A stretch of DNA of 64,000 bases, taken from positions 1 through 64,000 of the forward strand of contig JBFMAD010000003.1 in assembly GCA_040755855.1 (NCBI GenBank), in the 5' to 3' direction. The DNA is from Planctomycetota bacterium. GTDB lineage: Bacteria; Planctomycetota; Brocadiia; JAADGH01. A program made the translations under genes and the position numbers. Positions 37,609 through 47,357 of this stretch are shown here, one piece after another. Each line of letters opens with the position of its first letter. The stretch's first letter is position 1. The notes beneath the pieces are model-generated. The model ran no database searches. It saw only the letters and a list, made by a program, of their open reading frames with translations, and was not told the DNA's origin.

Positions 37609-39183
37609 CTATCTGCTCCGCTGCTCCTCCATCGCCATCTCCCGCAGCCTGAACCGCTGGATCTTGCCGGTGGCAGTCTTGGGGAGATCGGGCACAAAGA
37701 GGATGGAACGAGGATACTTGTAGGGGGCGGTGGCCCGCTTGACGAAGTCTTGCAGTTCCTTCGCCAGCTCGGGCGAGGGGGCGCGGCCATCCTTGAGAAC
37801 GACGTAGGCGCGGGGCTTGATGAGACCCTCCTCGTCCGGCACGCCGGCCACGCCGCTTTCGAGGACCGCCGGATGCTCCTTGAGGACGGCCTCGACCTCC
37901 GTAGGCCAGACGGCATAGCCGCTCACCTTCATCATGTCGTCCGTGCGGCCCTGATACCAGAAGAAGCCGTCGTCGTCCACGCTGAACTTGTCGTGCGTGT
38001 TGATCCAGTCGCCGTGGAAGGCCTGCTTCGTCTGCTCGTGCTTGTTCCAGTAGCCGGACGCGATGCTGTCGCCCTTGATCCAGAGCGTGCCGACCTGGCC
38101 GTCGGAGATCTCGTTGTCGTCGTCATCCACGATTTTTGCCTCATAGCCGGGGACGATCTGCCCCGTGCTGCCGGGCCGCGCATGGCCGGGGCGGTTGGAA
38201 ATGAATATGTGGAGGATTTCCGTCGAGCCGATGCCGTCGAGGATCTCCACGCCGAAGCGCTTCTTCCACGCCTCGAAGATCGGCTTGGGGAGAGGCTCCC
38301 CCGCCGAGACGCACATGCGGACCTTGCCCAGGCTCGTCCGTCCGGACTTCTCCGCCTCATGGAGGAGGGCGGCGTAGCTTGTGGGCACGCTGTAGAAGAT
38401 CGTCGGTTCATACTGGTTAATGATCTGGAAGCACACATCCGGCGCCGGCCGGCCAGGCAGGAGGACGTTCGTCCCGCCGACGCGGAGGGCGAAGTAGAGG
38501 CCGTTGCCGAGACCGTAGGCGAAGAAGAGTTTGGCCACGGAGAAGCAGACGTCGGATTCCCGTATGCCGAGGACATCGCGCGCGTAGAGGTCCGCCGCGA
38601 CGATCATATCGTGGTGGAGGTGGACCGCGCCCTTGGGGAAACCGGTCGTGCCGGAGCTATAGAGCCAGAAGGCCGCGTCGTCCTTGTTCGTGTCGGCGGG
38701 GTCGAGTTCGGGGGAGGCGTCGGCCATGAGGCGCTTGAGGGAAAGATATCCGTCCATCTCAGCGTCGGAGACGATGATGTGCTCCAGGTATTTCAGGTCG
38801 CCCCGGATGGATTCGATGTTTCGCAAAAGCGAAGAATGGACGACCAGCGCCCGGGCGCGGCTGTCGTTCAAAAGGTATTCGTAGTCCTTCGGTTTGAGGA
38901 GTGTGTTCATCGGGATGGCGACAGCGCCGGTCTTCATGGCGCCGAAGAAGGCATAGACGAATTCTGGTGTGTCGGGCAAGAGGATGGCGACGCGCTCCTC
39001 CATGCGGATGCCGAGGTTGCGGATGGCGTTGCCGAAGCGATTGACGCCCTCGGAAAGTTCGCGGTAGGTGACGGTCTCGCCCTCGCAGAGGAGGGCAGGC
39101 TTGTCGGCCCGGCCCTCGGCGATATGGAGGTCCACAAAGACCTGCGCCGCGTTGAGTCGTTCGGGCAGGATCAACTCCGTCAC
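37609..39183 (-). CDS. Benzoate-CoA ligase family acyl-CoA synthetase
   Basis: AFWLYSSGTTGFPKG..H, SVAKLFFAYGLGN, SAGEPLP, ILDGIGSTE..HIF, PKTATGKIQRF. Confidence 0.9.
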   Translation of the reverse strand: MTELILPERLNAAQVFVDLHIAEGRADKPALLCEGETVTYRELSEGVNRFGNAIRNLGIRMEERVAILLPDTPEFVYAFFGAMKTGAVAIPMNTLLKPKDYEYLLNDSRARALVVHSSLLRNIESIRGDLKYLEHIIVSDAEMDGYLSLKRLMADASPELDPADTNKDDAAFWLYSSGTTGFPKGAVHLHHDMIVAADLYARDVLGIRESDVCFSVAKLFFAYGLGNGLYFALRVGGTNVLLPGRPAPDVCFQIINQYEPTIFYSVPTSYAALLHEAEKSGRTSLGKVRMCVSAGEPLPKPIFEAWKKRFGVEILDGIGSTEILHIFISNRPGHARPGSTGQIVPGYEAKIVDDDDNEISDGQVGTLWIKGDSIASGYWNKHEQTKQAFHGDWINTHDKFSVDDDGFFWYQGRTDDMMKVSGYAVWPTEVEAVLKEHPAVLESGVAGVPDEEGLIKPRAYVVLKDGRAPSPELAKELQDFVKRATAPYKYPRSILFVPDLPKTATGKIQRFRLREMAMEEQRSR

Positions 39184-39284
39184 AACGTATCTCCTACAAC
39201 GGGTGAGTATTGGATTTTACGGGCCGGATGCGCGCAAGTCAAGAAAAACGTTCGGGGGAGCCTCCCCGGCGATTGCCGAGAAGA

Positions 39285-42062
39285 TTAGCGCCCATCTCTC
39301 CGCAAATCAGTATTTTTGTCCAACTTCTCTTTCACACGCCGGATGTCCTTCTCACAATTGCTCTTTGAATCGAGGTCTGCCGCCTTCTGAAATTCCTCCA
39401 ACGCCGCGGCGAGATTCCCCGTTCTTTCCAGAATGTGCGCAAGGTAGAGATGGGATGTCGCGTCCGATGGGCGCCGTGCAACCCATTCATGGTAAAGACG
39501 GACCACATCGGGGAGTTTTCCCTGCTGCGTGTAGCATGCGCCGAGGTATGGAGAATAGTGAGGGTCAAGTTGAATTGCGGCGGCGTAGTACTTCTCGGCT
39601 TCTCGATGTCGTCCGAGCTTGGAACATATCGCGCCGACATGAGCAAGGTACTGGGCGTTGTTAGGGTGTTGCGCGACGAGGTCCAGAATTACTGCAAGCG
39701 CCTCCGCAAGCTTTTCCTGCGAAGTCAACGCGTTGACAAGGTCCAATTTCAGGCGGGCATTCTCGGGCATGCGTTGCACAGAGTCGCGCAGGCATGTCTC
39801 GGCCCTATCCCATGCGCCGAGGTCCATTAAATGGCGAGCGATCTGGGGATAGAGAGAGGCTTTGTCGCAGTCCTTGAGTGACATGACGTAGTCAATCTGC
39901 GTCAGGGCGGCCTTGTTCTCTTTTCGCTCCATGAGAAGGGGTACAATCGAAAGCTGAGCCTCCGCCCTCGGCGGGATCGCCTTTTGCAGCATCTTCAGGG
40001 ATTTTGTTTTGTCCCAGACTGCCTTGAACACCTGGGGCAGGTAGAAGGAGCGCAAGCGGAGCGAATCGCGGTAGATCTCAAGGGCCTTCTCGAGATCTCC
40101 CTCGCGCTGGTGGTATTTCCCAAGCGAAAAGGCGAAGAGGTCCTCGGTGGGCGAAAGCCAGTGGGCCTTCCTGAGTTCCGCCTCTGCGCGATCCTTCTTC
40201 TGGCCGAGGGCCTCTTTACCCCTGTGCGCGTAAATGGAACCGAGATAGAAGTGGTAATGGGCGTCGAGCGGCTCGGCGCGTATGGCGGCCAGGTAATGGG
40301 CGCAAGCTTCGGTATAGGAGTACTCGTTTGACTTTGCCGCAACGTCTTCAATCCGCCTCCCGATATTCCCATGCGCCTCGGCAAGCCTCGGCTCGATCGT
40401 CACCGCCTTGCGGAGCAGGACGATCCGGTCTTCGGGCGGCATTTGGGATTCCGGTATAATCCAGTCGCGAAAGACGATCCGGCGCGCCCGATATTCACGC
40501 CAGATGAAGTGAGTCAGGAAAAGGCCCGCGACAAGGATTGCAATCACGCCGGGGACCTGCATCCATCGAATAAAACGGCCTTCCGAAATCGCCTCCTGGC
40601 GAGAATTTCCAATGCCCATCTTCGACTCGGGGGATACCTGTGAGATTGCAAGCAGCGAAAGGAATAGGAACACATTCGCCGGCATCTCGAAATTCACGGT
40701 GAGTGCGCCGGAGATCAGAGGAAAGGCCGCCGCGATCAAACAGGCGACGTTCAGATACCGAGTCGGCGATGAGCTTTCGCGAACCATCTTCATGCTGCGG
40801 GCGGCAAGGATGGCAAGCACGACGCCGATCAGGGCAAGGCCGACAATGCCCATCTCGGCGGCCGCATTGAAATAGTCACTGTGAGGATGAATGAGGAAGA
40901 GCCATGTAGTGGGTTCGGTTTTGTAGATTCTGAACAGCGTCGGGAACGATCCCAGTCCCCCGCCGAACAGGGGGAAGTCGCGGATGATCTTTGCCGTATC
41001 ACGCCACCACCAGAGCCGTTCGATGGGTTTCGACGAAAGTTCTGCAAACCGCTGGCCGTACTGCTCCCCGCGCAGCCATAAGCCAAGAAGCAACAGCAAC
41101 ACGCCAAGGCCGACAATGAAGCAAACCGATCGCCTGGACCGCATGAAGACCCCGACGAGCACAGCCGATACCGCCAGCGTCCCCGCCATGGCCACTACGG
41201 CGCCGCGCGATCCCAGGCAAAAGATCACGCATGTTGTCAAGAGGGCGAATCCCAACAGGAACATCTGGGACGGGCGAAGATGAGTGAGGAACTGCCCCAG
41301 CGTGGCCGTGTAGGTCCGGGCGCGACGGCGATCCTCGGCTATGACAGCCATCGAAAACGCAAGCCCCAGAGCAAGGGGGATGAACATTCCTATGTGCGCC
41401 GAGAATGTGTTTCGGTTGACGAATACACTGTGCACCGACCCGGCGTATCGCGCGCTTGAGACGCCATAAATCCTCCCTGCAATACCCGGAAACAAGGTGG
41501 AGGAGGCGACGGCAACCAGTAGCGACCCAAACACCACAAGCACCCAGGCAAATTTCCGCGCGCGCCTCTGTGTGGGAATCGCCGCCGACAACACGACAAA
41601 AAACAGGACGTAGCTCAGAAGTCGTGTCCATTCCCAGAGTGACTTCAACGGCGTTACGCTGATCGTTGCCCAGCGCGTCGCTTCGCTGTCGGATATGTCG
41701 TGAAGCGCCCCGCGTGTCAACTCCAAGGTCTTGGGGGACAATAGGTTAAGCGCCGATTCGGGGAGGGGGAGGAACGACAGCGCCGAAACGGCCAACAGGA
41801 GAATTGCCAGGAACGGAAGGAGACACCGCCGGAAACCATGCCTCTCGACGGTCGGAATGGAAGGTGCAAGACAACGTCGGACCGACAAGAGGGCAAAGAG
41901 GACGAGGATGGTTGTGGTGGTGATAGCTATGGTAACATCGTGAACTCCGCCAAAGGCGAGGCTGTTAAATAGAATTAGAAAACCCAGACCGACGAACATC
42001 AGTGCGTCGAGGGTGCGTCCCGCAGTCTGCACCCACCTCGGATTTTCCGAGCGGGATGACAT
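39285..42062 (-). CDS. O-antigen ligase (Wzy_C) family membrane protein with C-terminal TPRs
   Basis: Many TM helices; FVNRN, SRGA, DFPLFGGGLGSF, HPHSDY..AE.G; TPR tail; start moved to MSSRS. Confidence 0.85.
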   Translation of the reverse strand: MSSRSENPRWVQTAGRTLDALMFVGLGFLILFNSLAFGGVHDVTIAITTTTILVLFALLSVRRCLAPSIPTVERHGFRRCLLPFLAILLLAVSALSFLPLPESALNLLSPKTLELTRGALHDISDSEATRWATISVTPLKSLWEWTRLLSYVLFFVVLSAAIPTQRRARKFAWVLVVFGSLLVAVASSTLFPGIAGRIYGVSSARYAGSVHSVFVNRNTFSAHIGMFIPLALGLAFSMAVIAEDRRRARTYTATLGQFLTHLRPSQMFLLGFALLTTCVIFCLGSRGAVVAMAGTLAVSAVLVGVFMRSRRSVCFIVGLGVLLLLLGLWLRGEQYGQRFAELSSKPIERLWWWRDTAKIIRDFPLFGGGLGSFPTLFRIYKTEPTTWLFLIHPHSDYFNAAAEMGIVGLALIGVVLAILAARSMKMVRESSSPTRYLNVACLIAAAFPLISGALTVNFEMPANVFLFLSLLAISQVSPESKMGIGNSRQEAISEGRFIRWMQVPGVIAILVAGLFLTHFIWREYRARRIVFRDWIIPESQMPPEDRIVLLRKAVTIEPRLAEAHGNIGRRIEDVAAKSNEYSYTEACAHYLAAIRAEPLDAHYHFYLGSIYAHRGKEALGQKKDRAEAELRKAHWLSPTEDLFAFSLGKYHQREGDLEKALEIYRDSLRLRSFYLPQVFKAVWDKTKSLKMLQKAIPPRAEAQLSIVPLLMERKENKAALTQIDYVMSLKDCDKASLYPQIARHLMDLGAWDRAETCLRDSVQRMPENARLKLDLVNALTSQEKLAEALAVILDLVAQHPNNAQYLAHVGAICSKLGRHREAEKYYAAAIQLDPHYSPYLGACYTQQGKLPDVVRLYHEWVARRPSDATSHLYLAHILERTGNLAAALEEFQKAADLDSKSNCEKDIRRVKEKLDKNTDLRRDGR

Positions 42063-42067
42063 GAGCG

Positions 42068-42835
42068 CTATTCTTCCTTCGACAGGATGGAATGGGGGTA
42101 ATTCCCATGTGGCTCGGTATGCCCCTTTGGCCCGTGCGTTCGTCGCCGCAACCGTCTGATCCTGCGATAGTAGCACCGACCGTAGTAAATCCATCGGAGA
42201 AGGAGACGGTTTGCGAGTGTGGGTCCGACGGCTCTTGTGCTGCCATGTAGCATGGCTTCCCTGACGCCCTCAATCGTCCGGCTCTTTGCCTGAATCAGTG
42301 TGCAGACGCTTCCTATCTCCCAGGGGAAGTGGGCATCGCTTCCGCCCACGACGCCCATCCGGGGATGACGCCGCGCCAGGGCATGGGCCTCTCGGTTGCA
42401 GCGCGTGGCTGCCTGGCCGTTGCAAGACTCGATGCCGTCCAACAGGGCAAGTTCGCCATCGGAAAACATCGGAATCGGCTCGCCCAGGGAGGACCTTTTA
42501 AATGAGAGATGGTACGGATGGGCCGCGTAGAGCAGGGCGTGCTGCTCCCTCGCCTTTGCCACGGCCTCATTAAAGGAGCAGTTTCCTATAGTCTCCCTGG
42601 TGAAGTAGGCAAGCAGATGCCCCGCTTCCGTTCCAATCTCCTCCCCCGGAACCACGATCAGGCCGTTAGAGGGCGGTTCCTTCCAATACCTCAACACCCC
42701 CTCGGCTGTTTTGTGGTCCGTGATCGCCAGGATGTCAATGCCTAACGCAGTTGCCTTGGCGATGCACTCCTCCGGAGTTGCCCATCCATGCGAGAATGTC
42801 GTATGGCAGTGGAGATCGGCTCTAAGTTCGATCAC
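42068..42835 (-). CDS. PHP-domain metal-dependent phosphoesterase
   Basis: DLHCHT, AITDH, GEEI..GH, AHP, GGSDAH; probable GTG start. Confidence 0.88.
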   Translation of the reverse strand: MIELRADLHCHTTFSHGWATPEECIAKATALGIDILAITDHKTAEGVLRYWKEPPSNGLIVVPGEEIGTEAGHLLAYFTRETIGNCSFNEAVAKAREQHALLYAAHPYHLSFKRSSLGEPIPMFSDGELALLDGIESCNGQAATRCNREAHALARRHPRMGVVGGSDAHFPWEIGSVCTLIQAKSRTIEGVREAMLHGSTRAVGPTLANRLLLRWIYYGRCYYRRIRRLRRRTHGPKGHTEPHGNYPHSILSKEE

Positions 42836-43078
42836 AATGATGCCTTCTGTTTTGGAAAAATTTCCTCCAAAGCACGCAAGGCAATATAATAACATATTCA
42901 TTTGTTGTTAGGAATGGTGAAATATGAGAGATTCCGGGCTAAGCGACGAACATGAGAACGGGTAGCAGGCTACGCGGTCTATGGGGCAGATGTTGTTAAT
43001 AGTGTGCCACCCTCCAGCAATGGCTCTAAACCCACGATTCGCCTCGACTCCAAAAAATTAAAAAAATCTCATATTTTC

Positions 43079-43107
43079 TTGACATAGAGCGATTTCTTGT
43101 GTATACT
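43079..43107 (+). promoter_or_regulatory. Consensus-like sigma70 promoter with UP element
   Basis: TTGACA-17 bp-TATACT preceded by A-tracts. Confidence 0.75.
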
Positions 43108-43222
43108 GCGCTCTAAGTTGTATGTAAGGGGGTATGGGTGTTGTTGCGACCCCGGCAGATTGGTTGTGCAGCGCATCTGAGAGACGTTACATGGCACATG
43201 GATGTGGCTTGAGTATCCTATT

Positions 43223-43255
43223 GCGCAATAAGGGAGGCATTGCGCTTTTTTGTTT
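43223..43255 (+). terminator. Terminator-like hairpin in the leader of the 43322 gene
   Basis: gcgcaat/attgcgc stem followed by ttttttgttt. Confidence 0.5.
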
Positions 43256-43321
43256 ACCCATGTATCATATGGGGCATTTCTCTACCGGCGGAGGGCATTT
43301 TTGCAATTAGGAGGCGCGGCC

Positions 43322-46300
43322 ATGAGAAAAGGAATTCGTTTGCATCGGACGCTGGTGGTTGAGGAACTTGAGCCGAGGGTTGCTCCCGCAACGGTCTTTG
43401 TGAACTGGTCTGCGAGCGGCTCGAACAACGGTACGTCCTGGGCGAATGCGTACACGGATCTACAGTCTGCGCTTGGTTCGGCCATATCGGGGGATGAGAT
43501 TTGGGTCGCCGACGGGACATATAACCCGGATGGCGCATCCCCCGGGAATCGAGTGCTTTCGTTCAACCTGAAAAGCGGTGTGGCGTTGTATGGCGGCTTC
43601 GGCGGCACGGAGACGCTGCGGAGCCAGCGCAACTGGGTGACGAACGTGACGATCTTGAGCGGGGACCTGAGCGGCAACGACTCGGGCTTCACGAATAACG
43701 GGGAGAACAGTTACCATGTGGTGACGGCCAAGACCGTTACCGCCACGCTCGATGGATTCACCATATCGGGCGGAAATGCCAATGGCGGGTTCGCTGCCAG
43801 CTATGGTGGCGGGATGTACAATTCCTACTCGGCTGTGATGACGGTGGCAAATTGCGCTTTCAGCTGGAACAGCGCGGCCGTGGCCGGTGGCGGGATTTAC
43901 AATCACATCATTTCGGCCTCATCGCTCATTACGAATAGCGTGTTCACCCAGAACCGAAGCGACCGCGACGGCGCCGGACTGACGAACAAGAGCAGCGCCA
44001 TATCGGTTACGAATTGCGCCTTCGACCAGAACACGAGCGTCAACGGCGCAGGCCTGTATAACACGTCATCCTCCGCGACGGTCACAAACTGTGTCTTCAC
44101 ACGGAACACGTGCACCACGAGCGGCGCCGCTGTGTTCAACTCGCTTTCCTCGCCGACCTTTATGAACTGCTCATTCTCTGAAAATGCCGCCGGCGTCTTT
44201 GGAGGTGCGATGTACAATTCGGTCACGTCCAGTCCGACGCTGACAAACTGCGTCATGTGGGGCGATACGGCCGGCACATCGGGAGGCGAAATCCGGAACT
44301 ACACCGGCAGCATACCGGTGATCAGCTATTGCGACATCCAGGGCTGCGGCGGGAGCGGCGCCGGTTGGGATGCATCCCTGGGTACCGATGGCGGGGGCAA
44401 CATTGACGCGAATCCATCGTACATCAGTCCCCTGGATCCGGATGGGGTGGATAACCGCTTCGGGACGAACGACGACGGCCTGCGGCTGAGCAAGATGAGC
44501 CCTCTGCTCGATGCAGGCACGGCTGCCGGCGCGCCGAGTACCGACATTACGGGAACAGCGCGCCCCCAGGACTCCGGATATGACATGGGGGCCTACGAAT
44601 GCCTCATTATTCTGGCGCCCCCGATCTTTGTGGACTGGAGCGCCACCGGAGCGAACAACGGCACGTCATGGGCCGACGCCTACACGGACCTGCAAAGCGC
44701 CCTTGTCGGGGCGGTTGCAGGGGATATCATCTGGGTGGCCGACGGGACGTACACGCCAGACAGCGCATCGCCAGGAAATCGAGCGCTTTCCTTCAAAATA
44801 ACCGACGACGTGGCGGTATATGGCGGCTTTGCCGGCACGGAGACGTCGCTGGGCCAGCGCGACTGGACGACATACGTAACGATCCTGAGCGGAGACCTGA
44901 GCGGCAACGATGTGGGCTTCACGAACAATACCGAGAACAGCTACCATGTGGTAACGGCAAACGGCACCCAAATCGTTCTCGATGGTTTTACCATCTCCGG
45001 CGGAAATGCAAATGGCGGGTTCTTTTTGGACCTCGGGGGGGGAATGTACAACTACTATGGCGCTGAGGTAACGATATCAAACTGCACATTCAGCTGGAAC
45101 AGCGCCAAGGTGGCCGGAGGCGGAATGCATAATAACGCCATACAAGCATCATCGTCCATCATGAACTGCCTGTTTACGCACAACCGGAGCGATCGAGACG
45201 GCGCCGGGCTGACGAACAAGAGCAGTTCTATATCGGTCACGGATTGCGTGTTTAGCGAGAACACCGGCGTGAACGGCTCGGGCCTTTACAACTCGAGCTC
45301 CAACGTCGTAGCCACAAACTGCCTGTTCAGCAATAACACGAGCAGCGGAAGCGGCGGGGCGACATTCAACTCGTTGTCCGCCCCGACGTATATGAACTGT
45401 ACGTTCTACGGGAATTCGGCCGGGGCCTACGGCGGAGCGATGTACAACTCCTCATCTTCCAGCCCAACGATTACTAACTGCATCCTGTGGGACGATACGG
45501 CGGTAATCGGCGGAAACGAAATCCGGAACGCCACCGGGAGCACGGCGTACATCAGTTATTCCGACATCGAGGGCTGCGGGGGAAGCGGTCCGGGTTGGAA
45601 TACATCTCTGGGAACCGACGGGGGCGGTAACATTGATGTGAATCCCATGTTCATCAACGCGGCCGATCCGGAGGGCCCGGATAACCGATTTGCGACAAGC
45701 GACGACGGTCTGCGCCTGAACACGGCAAGTGCGCCGATAGATAACGGCACCGCCGCCGGCGCGCCGTCAAGCGACATCACCGGCGGTCCCCGTCCTCTGA
45801 ACGGCGGATATGATATGGGGGCCTATGAATGCCTGGGCGCAAGGATATACGTTGACATCACGGCCACAGGGTCCAACAACGGCGCGTCATGGGCCAACGC
45901 CTACACCGACTTGCAGACGGCCCTCACCAACTCCATCGCCGGGGATGAGATTTGGGTGGCCGACGGGACATACACGCCGGACGGCGCGTCGCCGGGGAGT
46001 CGGACGCTCTCGTTCCAGTTGCCCGGCGGGGTGGCAGTGTACGGCGGGTTTGCCGGCACGGAAACGTTGCGGAGCCAGCGCAACTGGGTGACGAACGTGA
46101 CGATCCTGAGCGGGGACCTGAACGGCGATGACGTGGGATTCACGAACAACACCGAGAACAGCTATCACGTGGTGAAAGCCAGCGGTGTCACGGTGACTCT
46201 CGACGGGTTCACCATCTCCGGCGGGAACGCGAATGGAGGATTTGCCGCCGACCTGGGCGGCGGCATGTATAGTAACAATTCGGCCGTGATAATGGTGGCG

Positions 46301-47104
46301 AACAACACGTTTACCTGGAACAGCGCCAAGGTGGCCGGGGGCGGGATGCACAACCAGGGCATTTCCGCGTCCTCGTCGGTGGTGGACAGTATTTTCATCC
46401 AGAACAGGACGGACGGGTCCGGCGGAGGGATGTCGAACAAGACCAGCTCTATCACGGTCATCAATGCGGCGTTCAGCCAGAACACGGCAGCCAACGGAGC
46501 GGCCGTGTATAACTCGACATCGAATCCCACGTTCACGAATTGCGTGTTTACCCAGAACACGAGCACCTGGAACGGCGGGGCCATATATAACTCGCTCTCT
46601 TCGCCGACGCTTACCAATTGCACATTCTCCGGGAATACGGCCGGCTTCTACGGGGGAGCGATGTACAACGCCTCCACGTCCAATCCCACGATCGTGAACA
46701 GCATCCTGTGGGGCAACATAGCGAGCCTGTTGGGGAACGAGATTCGGAACACGGGCGGAAGCATGCCGACCATCAGCTACTCCGACATCCAGGGCTGCGG
46801 TGGGAGCGGCGTCGGTTGGGACACGTCGCTCGGCATTGACGGCGGCGGAAACATTGATTCCGATCCGTTGTTCGTCAACGCCTCCGATCCTGACGGGGCC
46901 GACGGCCTGCTTGGCACCGCCGACGACGGGCTCGTCCTCCAGGGCGGATCGCCGAGCGTCAATTCGGGTAACAATTCCGCCTTGCCCTCGGACATCCTTG
47001 ACCTGGATGGCGACCTCAACACCATCGAGCCGATCCCATTCGATATTGTCGGCGTGGCGCGCATTAACGGCGGCACGGTTGACATGGGGGCGTATGAGAG
47101 TTGA
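43322..47104 (+). CDS. LEPR-XLL-type extracellular protein with three ~405-aa right-handed beta-helix (Pmp/choice-of-anchor-Q-like) modules
   Basis: LVVEELEPRVAP; three modules from G.SWA.AYTDLQ to DMGAYE starting at ~43393, ~44624 and ~45845; GG(A/G)MYN and F..N repeats; AGGAGG RBS. Confidence 0.85.
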   Translation: MRKGIRLHRTLVVEELEPRVAPATVFVNWSASGSNNGTSWANAYTDLQSALGSAISGDEIWVADGTYNPDGASPGNRVLSFNLKSGVALYGGFGGTETLRSQRNWVTNVTILSGDLSGNDSGFTNNGENSYHVVTAKTVTATLDGFTISGGNANGGFAASYGGGMYNSYSAVMTVANCAFSWNSAAVAGGGIYNHIISASSLITNSVFTQNRSDRDGAGLTNKSSAISVTNCAFDQNTSVNGAGLYNTSSSATVTNCVFTRNTCTTSGAAVFNSLSSPTFMNCSFSENAAGVFGGAMYNSVTSSPTLTNCVMWGDTAGTSGGEIRNYTGSIPVISYCDIQGCGGSGAGWDASLGTDGGGNIDANPSYISPLDPDGVDNRFGTNDDGLRLSKMSPLLDAGTAAGAPSTDITGTARPQDSGYDMGAYECLIILAPPIFVDWSATGANNGTSWADAYTDLQSALVGAVAGDIIWVADGTYTPDSASPGNRALSFKITDDVAVYGGFAGTETSLGQRDWTTYVTILSGDLSGNDVGFTNNTENSYHVVTANGTQIVLDGFTISGGNANGGFFLDLGGGMYNYYGAEVTISNCTFSWNSAKVAGGGMHNNAIQASSSIMNCLFTHNRSDRDGAGLTNKSSSISVTDCVFSENTGVNGSGLYNSSSNVVATNCLFSNNTSSGSGGATFNSLSAPTYMNCTFYGNSAGAYGGAMYNSSSSSPTITNCILWDDTAVIGGNEIRNATGSTAYISYSDIEGCGGSGPGWNTSLGTDGGGNIDVNPMFINAADPEGPDNRFATSDDGLRLNTASAPIDNGTAAGAPSSDITGGPRPLNGGYDMGAYECLGARIYVDITATGSNNGASWANAYTDLQTALTNSIAGDEIWVADGTYTPDGASPGSRTLSFQLPGGVAVYGGFAGTETLRSQRNWVTNVTILSGDLNGDDVGFTNNTENSYHVVKASGVTVTLDGFTISGGNANGGFAADLGGGMYSNNSAVIMVANNTFTWNSAKVAGGGMHNQGISASSSVVDSIFIQNRTDGSGGGMSNKTSSITVINAAFSQNTAANGAAVYNSTSNPTFTNCVFTQNTSTWNGGAIYNSLSSPTLTNCTFSGNTAGFYGGAMYNASTSNPTIVNSILWGNIASLLGNEIRNTGGSMPTISYSDIQGCGGSGVGWDTSLGIDGGGNIDSDPLFVNASDPDGADGLLGTADDGLVLQGGSPSVNSGNNSALPSDILDLDGDLNTIEPIPFDIVGVARINGGTVDMGAYES

Positions 47105-47357
47105 GCCGCCTTCCGCACCACTGCTGCCTGCAATTGTAGGTCCGGCAGGCAGCGGAGGTGCATTGGGTGTTGCCGTTTACCTGTAGAGGGGGGATTCTGT
47201 CGCCTTCGCTATGGGTTCCAGCCTGTTGCGCTTCCCCCGTGTGAGGACTTTGTCGTTCGCGTTTGAGTTGGTTTCTCGTGCGTATTGATTCCACAGGCAC
47301 TCTCTCCCTTCCAGAGGATCGAAAGGCATATCCACGTGTGACAGTTGAGCAAGGGCA

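Noticed and set aside
43322..47104. Numerous N-x-S/T sequons as evidence of N-glycosylation; repeats as DGR template/variable regions
   Set aside because: Asn ladders of beta-helices create such sequons by themselves; differences between repeats are not adenine-specific and no reverse transcriptase is present
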